A DNA stretch of 64,000 nucleotides from Botryllus schlosseri (Eukaryota), in NCBI GenBank assembly GCA_051294905.1, contig CM119372.1, forward strand, positions 3,164,001 to 3,228,000, written 5' to 3'. The notes beneath the pieces were generated by a model that made no database searches, was not told the origin of the DNA, and saw only the letters and a program-made list of their open reading frames with translations. The translations under genes were made by a program, and so were the position numbers. Positions 50,376 through 61,471 of this stretch are shown in pieces (position 1 is the first letter of the stretch; each line of letters starts with the position of its first letter).

Positions 50376-51670
50376 AACTGAGCCGTGAGATTTTCTTGCG
50401 TCTTCACCATATAGGACACAATGGTATAATGTTCGCAACTTGTAAATTACATTCTATTCGGCATGCCATTAATGGCTCCTTTTGGAGTAGTTGTTTGTAG
50501 TATTTGTGGTGTTTTCCGACTGCAATGGTCATTTACACCAGGCCGATATTCCTTATTTTGGTTCTGTAGAAGCCGACTTGTAGCACGGACCACTAATTTT
50601 ATTATTGAATTTTCTCACGCTTTCCGACATTCGTTCTCTACGAAATAAATTCAGGCTATTCGGTACTCCGTTTGCTTTGAACGTCAATACCATACCCACA
50701 AAATTTCAAATGGACCTTATGTAAATGCAATGCAGTGATGAATTGAAGGAAAAATTCCATACAAAGAGCATATCGCTGCTTGACTTTTACAAAAAGTACC
50801 TCCTTGAAAGTGGTCTTCATTCCAGCTTGACCACTGACCAGTGACCAGCCATGCAAAAGAAACTAAGAGTTAACTAAGATCACGCATTTCCTACGCCTAT
50901 TTAGAAAACGTTCTGGTTCTTGCATCATCTGACTTGGTACTAGATATTGAACAACTTTCAAAAGAGAAGCAGCATCAAGTGCCACATTAATGCTGTGCTG
51001 TTGAAGTGTGAATGCATTTGCTCTTTTTGTGATTGGTATGGTTGAGATTGCAGCAATGTAGCGTAATAAACTGAAGTAAGCGTGAATTGTAGTATGAGAA
51101 GTCCGGCCCGCCTGTGAGTTGTACAAATGTACACTCGATATTTGGCCCGCGAGTAGCAAAAGGTTGCCGAACCCTGGCATATACGATGTAAAGAGGAGGC
51201 ATGCACACTGAATGAAAAGTAAAAGAAGATAGTATAGAAAAAGCAAGCGACAAAAATGGGGTGGCATGTCACGGAAAGCGAGATCGATAGGTAAAGTCCT
51301 GGTCAGGTAATCTTGTGGGCGGACTAGTATTTATTTAGTAGATATTGCTTGCATTTTGACTTGAATGTGGACAATGGACAATTGGACATGCTCGTCGACT
51401 GTCGGATGGCCAGCGGGATACTGTTCCACGTCGGGTCCAGCATATTTGATAGAGCGCTATGATCTTTTCGGTCGATCATATATGATATTTGGACGACGTG
51501 GACGCGCGTGTGTTGTACACTTGTACATGTGCGCTTTTGATTTCGACGTAAAGAAGTCTTAAACACATTCGGGTCAATGACCGCAGTGGAACTGATACAT
51601 AAACTTGGCAATTTCCAGTTTCCTCATATCTTCTATGTTTAGAACACCAAATTTTTGAGTGTGATGACTT

Positions 51671-52860
51671 GGGCCATTTTTATATGACCTTAAAAATAAA
51701 TCATATAACTTTATTTTTTGGAAAATATGACTTTATGTGAAAATTGTGTATTTTTACATGCGAACAACGTCACTCACGGAATTAAAGAGTAAAACATACG
51801 CAACATAACAGTAATACACATCCACTTTTGATTTAAACCACTGTTGTAGTATATAGTTTCATGTAGTGTTGAATGTTATAGTCTTTGAAGTTACGATTTG
51901 GACGAAAAATGACTGAAGTAAGGAAAATGAGCGCTCCACAGACGCTGATGTGGGTTGACACCTCTGCAGTTTTGCATAATGCGCTGGTGAAATGTCTTGT
52001 GTTTGTAGCTCCATAATTTGCTTCACATCGTTTTTGTTGAATCGCTTCATAATGTAATTTCTGAGCTCAAGCGGACCTTTTCCGAAATCAAGGGCATTTA
52101 GCTCAGCATGGGCCTCTTTGATGGTGTACGTACAACTTTCCATTTTGAGTATTGCGGTAAGTTTGAAATGTTGTTACAGTGGAGGCATATTTCTGTTAAC
52201 TGACTAGTCAACTTTGGATCGTTGACTTAATTTTCGACGATCTTTACAATAACTCCTTGACCTTCCTATGCATTCAGTATTTCGTCAACTTGTTGCGAGA
52301 TAGTGTAATGGTTATGTGTCCGGCTTCTCGAGCGGTAGGTCGTGTGTTCGATCCCCGGCCGGGTCATACCAAAGACTTGAAAATTGGTATCCGCAGCTAT
52401 CCTGCTAGGCGCTCAGCAATCACGGATAGCATGGAGGAGAAAAAAAACGGGGGCGCAGACTAGATGACCTCATGGGGCCGTATCGCAACTCCGTCGTCAA
52501 AGCATCTCGATGGTGCAGGCGAAAAAGAAGATCATCTCTCTCTCTCTCTGTTGAGGTCTCTCGTCATCATATTGAGCAGCATTCGACCAGCTACCCCAAC
52601 GAGTAACTACCTTACTTCCCTGGTATCAATTGCTTCACCGCTTAAATTAATCTTTTATATTAAAGTATACAACGATATGACTTTTTAACTCAAAACTATG
52701 ACTATATAACTTAAAAAACTGATTTATGACCACACCAGGAAAATATGACTTTATAACTTTCTTGATATACCTCATAGGGATGCGGTTTTTGCGTTGAAAT
52801 TGATTTCAAGACTTACTGATGCATAGAATAAAATATGACTTTAATGACTTTAAATGGCCC
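51671..52860 (-). mobile_element. TIR element with decayed hAT-like transposase C-terminus
   Basis: GGGCCATTT...AAATGGCCC ends, atatgact repeats, ISPAHYAKLQRCQPTSASVERSFS remnant. Confidence 0.75.
52295..52548 (+). mobile_element. tRNA-derived SINE family A, second copy
   Basis: Same head, body and (CT)n tail as 49315-49580. Confidence 0.9.
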
Positions 52861-52920
52861 CAATGATGACATTGATGACACTTTCCAAGGTGAAGCCTCG
52901 CATTTCTGAGCTGGTAACTG

Positions 52921-54075
52921 CAGAGGTGGTCAAAGTAGTTACTCAAGTAGAAGTAGAAGTAGCGACGCAAAAATCTACTCAAGTACGAGTAGAAGTACTT
53001 ATTTTAGGAGCAACCTAAAACTACTTGAAGTTGAAGTAGAATTGAGTGACTTTGAATCTACTCAAGTAAGTAAGTAGTTGTAAAAACGGTCGTAAGTCGT
53101 TCGCATGGACTGTCAAAAGCTGCAAATGGGGCAATGCGGAAGGTGTAGAGAGCTTGATTCATATTGATGCATGCCAGGAGGTATCAATTTTTTGACAGCA
53201 TAACCATTCGTCCGCATCATGTGATGCAAATGATAGTGTTGATATGGAAATGCCATACTAATCCTTTGTTTACTCGAACACCCCGTTTTAGAACATATCA
53301 CGGCATGGCGCCCTCCCCATATTATAAGGCCCGTAGTTTAGTCGAAGAGCAATACGGAGAAGTTGTATCGGATACGGTGTTAACACTTTGAGCGATTGGT
53401 AAACGTTAATAAAAATATATCAGATCGCAAAAATGTCATATAGTGTAGCTGTATTTTCGAAAAATAGAGGCATTACTACACTTGCTTTTATACTTCATCA
53501 TGCATGACCTCCAGAAAAAAAGAACTGGGAATTGTAAGAGAAATATCAATACTACGTCCAAAAAGCGGAAAATATATTTTATGTCTTTTGTCCAGAAAGT
53601 TTCATCGGTGTTCTGCTAAAACAAGTCTAACGCACAAAAAAGTCAGAGTCAGCACGTTTCCAGATTAGGACACACGCCATGCCCTGCTAGATTATGATAT
53701 GATAAGTAATTGCTAGATTACGAAACGGTAGTTTCAAACGTATGGGCCATATTTACTATGATGGAATATTTCATATAGGCGACAATGCGGCGTGAACGGA
53801 ACCACACAACCCGCTACCTAAAGTATATTCACCGGTACTTTCGTGAAAACATATTTGTCACTCCATATATGTACCGTGCGCGAAGCGCGACGAAAATTCT
53901 GGATTATACACTACTTCTACTTGACAAACTGAAAATAGCGAGAAGTAAGTAGATCACAAACTTTTACGAAGTAGAAGTAGCGTAAATTAGATTTACTTGA
54001 GTAAGTATCGCAAGTAGCGGAAAACTACTCGGGTACTTCAAAAAAGTAGAAGTTCTTCGTTACTGACCACCTCTG
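52921..54075. mobile_element. hAT element, aagtag-rich family
   Basis: TIR CAGAGGTGGTCA / TGACCACCTCTG, colinear with 23541-27849. Confidence 0.88.
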
Positions 54076-55107
54076 CTGAAAGGTAACATCAGGAGTCGCA
54101 CTGATTTGCAATAAATATTCATCATAATGTTTTCGTTTCGTCTGGAGACTATATTTCATTGTTTTTAACAGTATGTTGATGCGCAATTCATTTTGTGCAC
54201 CAGTATTCTATAGTAAATAATATATTAGATGTGGATTTGTGGTAGCCATATACACATTTGTTTTCATAAATGAGCGAAAGTTAGGGGTTCCTCGAATACT
54301 TGTCGATTAGAGCAAGCGATTTCCCCAGGTTGGTAAAGGTCGAGAACCACCTGATCTAGTATGACGGACAAAGACTATGGAACATTAATTCGCCGCCAAT
54401 CAGACACTCGTAGAGCATGTCATGTCCGCATTCAAGTCGGAATACAGGCAGATTCTACGAAATAAATACTGGTGTGCGGTCAAGGTGACCGTAACACACG
54501 ATCTGATATTTCTTTTTCGTCTCCCGACAGATGCCACTTCACCACACAACTTTAGCGCATTGTCGATTCACATCTAAAATACGAGCTAGCATCGTAGCAT
54601 GTATGAATAATGAATATAGGGCACCGAACTGCTATAATGTCACATGGAAAGGAAAGTAAAATCACTTAACTTGAATACGGCAGAAGTAAATGCGATTGAT
54701 ATTCAAGACAGAAGACTGAAAATACAAGGGTAATAGACTATCATCATGTTTTAGAGTTAGACCATGATATAAGGTTGATCTGCCTCTACGGCACTTGCTA
54801 TTCTTGAAACATGAATTGAATGGATTTTCTGAAGTAGAAGACCTGGTACGGTTAGTATGGCCATCGCTAGATGGCGAGAATATATTACTAAGCAAACTTG
54901 GATGTTCGACTCGAGTCGGGCAGGAAGATTTTTTTTAACAGTGTTGGGTTTATACGCCCCTTCCCACCACGAGTAATTTTATCAACGAGAACCGTAGTTC
55001 ACAAACTTCCCTCTTGCCGTAGCAACCTTGAAACCAACATAGCGTCAAAATCGTGCTTCACAAGGCTGCGCAGTGCGCACGTTGGCACGTAACAATTCCT
55101 ATAACTG

Positions 55108-56004
55108 AAGCGATTTTTTTTACATGTCAAAGTAAGTCAAAATTTTGTCAAATTTATAGCATTAGGTCAAAAAATTGTCAGAATTGTTTACAAAGTCAAA
55201 TTTTTTTCCAACCTGCATTTCGTTTGTATCGTAGATGTTTGCACTGTCGATGAACCATGCCTATATAAAGGTTATGGATGAACTTATGATTTAATATTTT
55301 ACAGCTTGTAGCCTACTCTATAGGTCGTTGTAGACGGCCCACTGTCTGTTTATTGTAAATCACAAACCGTCGAATGAACCAAATAGGTTGACATTGTGCT
55401 ATGCTCCACGTATCGCAATATCCTAACTAAAGCAAGACTGAGTGGGCATTGGTTCTTACATCGAGAAGCGCATGATGAAAAATTGTGATGTACACAACAT
55501 TGTCACAATGCAGCAACACGGTGTGTCACCAGCAGTGTACGCACAACTTCAGTGTTGCCAGCCAATAACTGCTGCTGTTGAACGTTCTTTCTTCATTCTT
55601 GGCAAACTGCTTAGTAAGGACAGACAATCTCTACCCGATAATGTAGGAAATTATCTTTTGTTAATACTACAACAAATTTTAATTATTTCTACCATAATGC
55701 GTGATGTAACTATTGGAATTCTTCATAGGTCCAGATTTCGTTAAACTACCGTAAAGTTTTTTCATGTAAAAAATTTGTCAGTATTCAATTCAAAAAAGAT
55801 TTTTCAGGCCAGACTACTTCGTAAGGACAGACAGTTCCAACCAGAAATGAAGATATAGATTAAGTAGTAAAATTCTAACATTATGTGGGAAAACACCTAA
55901 TTGGCATACATGAGGTCGAACTTCAGTCAAAATTAAGTTTTTTAATGTCAAAAATTTGATTTAGTAGGTCAAAATCTTCCGTTTTAGTTAAAAAAATCGC
56001 CCTA
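55108..56004 (+). mobile_element. DNA transposon remnant with CQPITAAVERSF transposase fragment; inverted sister copy ~61540-62383
   Basis: Shared KRMMKNCDV.NIV.M.QHGVSP...CCQP peptide and shared gtcaaa-rich ends in both copies. Confidence 0.8.
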
Positions 56005-56552
56005 CTTATAACTTATAGTAGGCCTGGTGGGTGTTTTATTGAAAGACATCTCCAAGTTGTTTAGACTCCTTTGTGATCATTTTATCGCAATCCTGTGGTG
56101 TTTTGAAATGATAACATTACTAACAAACTGCAATTATTTTCCTCCGCGGGCCAAATGAGAAAAATAAATACGTTGGCGGGCCGAGTGAAAAAATTTAGCT
56201 ATATTCTGCAGCGTTCTCAGACGTTTATAAGGCACGCCTCCCTTCATGATAGTGAACAATTTCGCGCCAAGATATCATGATATCACAAAATATTAAAAAG
56301 TGCAACCAGAATGATAGCAATTCCAACGGATAGTTTGATGGCATGGAATGGCATGGATTTTGGCTGTTTCTGAGAGAATTGTGAAATATCAAAGTCGGAC
56401 AATATATAGAGCAACAAGTACAAGCTGGGGTATGTCGCGCATAGCGCTAAAAAAAAATCAATAAACTTCGGCCTTGCGCCACCCTTGTGATGCTTTCACG
56501 TCTCCCAGTTCGAGAACTACTGCACTGAAGTGTACTTGTACAAGTACATGCA

Positions 56553-57301
56553 TCTAGAGGCCGCCGCCGCTCTTGTTGGCCTCCAGATCAACGCTAAGAA
56601 GACTGAGGTTCTGGCCATACCAGCTCTACCGGAGAACGCGACACCAATTCGACTGGGAGGTATCGATCTCAAGTATGTAACGAGTTTTGTATACCTCGGT
56701 ATTGACGTCGCTGACTCTGGAAAAGCGCTCAAGGCGAGGCGAGCAAAGGCCTGGGGCGCGGCAAGACGGCTACATAGCCTCTTCCATTCAAGTGCCTCAA
56801 CCCAGCTCAAGACCCGCATCTTCCGTGTCACTGTCGAGCAGGTTCTTCTCTACGGAATAGAGGCACTCACGCTGACAGAGAAGCTGGCTAAGACGCTCAA
56901 CGCTAACTATGACGCACTCCTCCGCTATGCACTCGGCATTCACCATCCGGAGCATATATCCACGAACGCATTGCGAGAACTCACAGGAACGGCCCCATGC
57001 CGTCTACTGGCAGCTGAACGACGCTTCCGTCTAATCGGCCATCTAGTGCGGCACCAAGACGAGCAACCAGCCGCCGCCATCATTAATCACATTCCCACGG
57101 AGCCCTGGCGCTGAGGTGGCTGGAATCGGAGAACATGGCGCTCGACAATGGAGACTGATCTAGCGCAACGCGGGCTTTCGCTTGAAGGCGTCCACGACCG
57201 CCCACGTTGGAGACGCTTAACACGAGCCCAAAACTGATTATCTTATGTTCTTTTTGTCTCCTGTTTTCTTTTGCCCTTTTTTATTTTATCTAATTGAAAA
57301 G

Positions 57302-57332
<31 letters not shown>
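56553..57332 (+). mobile_element. 5'-truncated RTE-clade LINE
   Basis: GLQINAKKTEV...FVYLG...KTRIFRVTVEQVLLYG.E..TLT...RRFRLIGHLVR...DRPRWRRL. One in-frame TGA at 57112, (AT)n tail, 9-bp TSD GTACATGCA. Confidence 0.92.
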
Positions 57333-57337
<5 letters not shown>

Positions 57338-57945
57338 TGCAATATAGTACAAATCTTCTATTCTTCGTCGCTGCCTTGCGAGAAGTGTGCAGGTTAAATA
57401 ACCTTATGTTGAGCGAAGCTTGCAGTTTATCTGAACTTCGCCCTCCCTTGACCGAGAGTTTCGTGCTTTTTTCATAAGACCGACTTTAATTAAAATCCTT
57501 AATCTCGGCGACATGGTCGGCAAACCCTAAAAAGATGGGTCGGACTCCAGTATGCGAATATTTAGTGCTCTAAATTCTAAACCTAAACCTTCTTCGAATT
57601 TCAGTTTTCGGCTTTCTTTTTTTGGCATGTCCGTTAATCCTTTGTGGGTGATAGAGTCATATAGTAATTGCGAGCACTGATTGATTTGTTTTACGAATTA
57701 TAGGGATTTGGTAACATATCACGTCACAAATTGAAACACATACCGCGTATAATGCGTAATGTGGCAGTTTCAACAAGAAAGGTTTGAACTAAACTATATG
57801 GAAAGAGTGATTTCATGTGACTTCAATTGCTACTCATACTTTGCCACATTGCCTTTATTTTGAATCTGGATTACGCACGCCAGGTACGAGCGTAATCGTG
57901 GCATATTAATGAACAGGCTTCAAAGTAAACGAATTTCATGTTCAT

Positions 57946-58145
57946 TAGAGGTCGACCGATATTGATTTTAACAGGCCGATACCGATACCGATATATCGGC
58001 CCCCTACAAGGCCGATAACCGATATCATAGGCCGATATTAATACGGAAGGAGCAGAGAACAATTTCACCCAAAATGCCGATAATTGGGAAAAGCTCTAAA
58101 TATCGGCCTCGATAATCGGCCATTTCGATTATCGGTCGACCTCTA
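57946..58145. mobile_element. hAT MITE (ccgata repeats)
   Basis: TAGAGGTCGACCGATA / TATCGGTCGACCTCTA, perfect TSD ATGTTCAT. Confidence 0.92.
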
Positions 58146-58421
58146 ATGTTCATTTGATACAGCCTATGGTTTAGTCATTCAAAAATCAAGTGTTACGTTT
58201 TCAATTCCAAGCAATCTTTCGCGGGCCGCCCAGAAGAGCTTCGCGGGCCGCATTTGGCCCGCGGGCCGCACTTTGCCCAGGTCTGAAGTAACCTATACTG
58301 CCTAGTTCTTGTTCTGGCACGATTCAACAGGTCCACGAGATGTGTCCTAGTTAAAAAACTCTATATGCGAAGAACATCATATCGATATAGCGGTAGTGGC
58401 TGTCTAATGCTTCAAGTAAAA

Positions 58422-59430
58422 CAGGGGTCACCAACACGCGGCCCACGAGGTCATATTTTGCGGCCCACGATTTGATTTGAGATAAGAAAGCATGAAAAAA
58501 ACACATTTTGGAATGCTGAAATTGATCACAGTTTCAACACATCGTTATTGCTGTTTCAAAATAAACTATTCTCCTGTCCCTAACATCACTATTCGTCACT
58601 AGCTAAAACGGGTTTGGCGATGGCAACAGCATTCCATCGAGGGAGAATAATCAGCTGACATGAATGGGCTGGGCATATTGCCTTGACGTGCAATGGCCCA
58701 AACACTGCCAAGACCGAGACGCTTAGAAAGCGGCATAATATGGCAGTGGTTTTCAAACTGGGGGCGCGCCCCTCTTGTGGGAGCGTGAAAGCATCTGAAG
58801 GGGACGCGGAGCTGCGGTCAACTTAAAATTTTCTCGCGCTCCGCGCGATTTACGTCGAGTTCCAATTTTGTGTATAGTCCGAAATACACATTATAAAATT
58901 CTTTCATCAACAGTCATAACCTTCCATGCCATCAAACTATCCGTTGGCATTGCTAGCATTCTGGTTGCATTTTGTGATATGACGATAAGCGTGGAGCGAA
59001 GGTTTTCGGTATCATAAAGGGGGGCATTAGGGGCATGTCCAAAACTTTTTTAAAACGACTGGCTTAGAGCTTCCCCACCAGATCAAGCTTTACGTGGAGA
59101 TGGTCGTTCAGCTAGTAACGTATCTCGCAAGCCCAAATATCGATTCCTTACTCCCTGAAAAGCGTTTCCAGATATCGTGCACAGCTCAGAGTTCAAAATA
59201 AAATGAAATTGAGGATAATGATTTTTTGTTGTATTTGTATTTCTTTAATAAAATATTACTTCTATTGTGGTCACTATGCCCATCGCCTATGTTAGGTAGC
59301 ACGGCGTTGCACTGACGTAGAGTTTTATACGGTGGTTGCCTAGTTTATATCGATATTGAATTCATGCGGCCCGAGGCCGCTACGAAATTTGAAAAGTGGC
59401 CCGCGACTCGTTTTGAGTTGACGACCCCTG
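58422..59430. mobile_element. hAT element with nested MITE ~58744-59062
   Basis: CAGGGGTCACCAAC / GTTGACGACCCCTG, perfect TSD AAGTAAAA. Confidence 0.9.
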
Positions 59431-59810
59431 AAGTAAAAAGACACTCAGGTAATAACTTGCATTCACAGCGACTTATGCATCATCGCTGAGAATATAGAAC
59501 TAGATCATGAAGAATGGCGACATGCAGCGTGCAACTCGTGAGCATGTGGGTTAAGCTTAACGTACGGGTTGCCTTCGATTCTATCTATAAAGTCACGTAG
59601 CTGTGTTGCTCAACTTACAAGGAACATCCACTCAAAAGAGATAGGTCGACTTTTGATCACTTGATTGCATGCCAGTAAATGAGCATAGTTGAACAACAGG
59701 AACGTGTACGAGAGTTTATTTTTTGAACGATGAAATAGGCCTACATAATTTGAGAAAATATAAGAATATATAAGCGAAATTGCTCGATGCATGGAAACAA
59801 TGACTTAATT

Positions 59811-60553
59811 CAGATGGTTCTCAACCTTTTTTGTCTTCATGGACCTTTGGATCGTCACGGAGCCCCGCGGACCCTTCCCCCAGTGTTAATTTCAAAGTTA
59901 GCTCAATCATCGTGCAACCGTCATCTGTCCTGTGGAGATATCAACTGTAGGTTTGTGATAAACAGCAACAAAATGAGTTTTCCTGACAATAACATCATAC
60001 TATGTATGTAGAAATTGGGAAGACTTTTATTATTTCAAAGCGAATTTTGTAGCTGCATTTCTTTAAATAGGCGGTCGTGTCTTGAAAATCCGCGTCATTG
60101 ATTTGACATGAACGAGTGCCGAAAATCCATTTCTACAAAGTTACATGACACCATAATTAAGAAACAGATTTTTATCGAACATATAACGCCCAGCCTCTTC
60201 ACTTCTATCACGCAGCTAATATTGAAGTCATTCTGGAATATTCTGTAAATATTCTGTAATGTCTATCTCAGGAGAATATGGATTATTGAAAACCTCAACA
60301 AAACATCTCCAATCGGCAATATATTTGCATCAGTAGACTCTTGGCAATTTGCCAATAAAAATAAGTTCGCGCAGTATAATATTTCATTTCAGATAGCCAT
60401 TCTGTTAATGTCAGTCCTGAAGTTTTAGCAGTTTTGAAGGGAGTCTTCCTAGTGACTTCTCTAATGCAAATTTGGTTATCAATCATTTTGCAAATTTGGA
60501 GATTTCGCGGACCCCCTGAAAATGCTTCGTGGACCCCCGATTGAGAACCGCTG
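59811..60553. mobile_element. hAT MITE
   Basis: CAGATGGTTCTCAA / TTGAGAACCGCTG, TSD ACTTAATT/ACTTAATG. Confidence 0.8.
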
Positions 60554-60947
60554 ACTTAATGATACGCGTCGAAATCGAAATGACATTTCGCGTGGTGATT
60601 GCTATTCTCTGTACAACCATATATCTTTATTTTAAGTAGACAGACCGTTCTACCTATCTCCAAATATCGATACTACTCTATAATTGGTCAAAGACATATA
60701 TCAGAAACACAGGGAAAACTCAAATTGAACGATATCGCGTCTGTCGATACAAGCCTTCAGGTCAATCCCCGATTCGCTGGCGGATTTATTCAATTAAATG
60801 CGCCCACATCTTACAAGATGGCTTGCCAGTGATAAATAATGTTCGTGAGGTGCACGGTGATATTCTGCACAGCGAATTATACCCCTGCGCTATTCTCTCA
60901 AGACTAAGGATGTATAAATGATCACATCCCGATATATTTACAAGTCA

Positions 60948-61471
60948 TCATACATTGCTATCGCAACTACTCCGACCATCTTTTATATCGTCCTCAGACG
61001 GAACATCCGAAACGATTCTTCCTCGGCCAAATTCTGATACGAGCCCCACTTTGGAAGCGAGGTAAATTCGTATGTGATATAACAAAAAAGCGATGGAATG
61101 TAACAATGGGGATATTATTACCACGACGCTAGTAAACACTGCGATCGATATAGCGGGATTCATTTCCCAGTCGACAACCTTGTGATAAATGCAAGATGTC
61201 ACCCCGGACCAATGCAATACGAGAGTAAATACTGCATAAATGACAAAATATAGAGACGGGTATAAAAAATGCAACAATCGCACCGGAACTTTCGATAAAA
61301 ACAAGTCCACCGTGTGTAAGACAGAACATATGGCGTGGCGATGTACGCTTGACGCGAGACTGGTTCGACTCTGCACTCCAACGCTATAGAACATGATAGT
61401 CACCAGGTAGCTTGACACGATGGATGCGTCCCGTATCATCCACGAAGCCTTGTACCACCACGGTAATCGAC
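60948..61471 (-). CDS. rost: Rolling stone-like multi-pass membrane protein, terminal exon (upstream exons not identified)
   Basis: Acceptor cctttgtcatAG, phase 1. LPWWYKASW...LVTIMFY...VHRHAICSV...DLFLSKVPVRLLHFLYP...IY..VDW..NP...PLLH resembles the rolling-stone/FAR-17a-like pattern, with several hydrophobic segments. Confidence 0.85.

Larger units (their letters stand above)
49185..50430. repeat. Long foldback (inverted-repeat) element interrupted by the two SINEs
   Basis: 49581-49740 pairs with ~49775-49930, and 49185-49314 pairs with 49931-50016 plus 50376-50430. Partial copy at ~20960-21080. Confidence 0.8.
48307..51176. mobile_element. Composite hAT-bounded block splitting a LINE 3' end (LINE halves ~48188-48305 and ~51178-51655, minus strand)
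   Basis: CAGGGTCGGCAACC / GGTTGCCGAACCCTG ends. The flanks rejoin into the LINE UTR consensus. No clean TSD. Confidence 0.7.
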
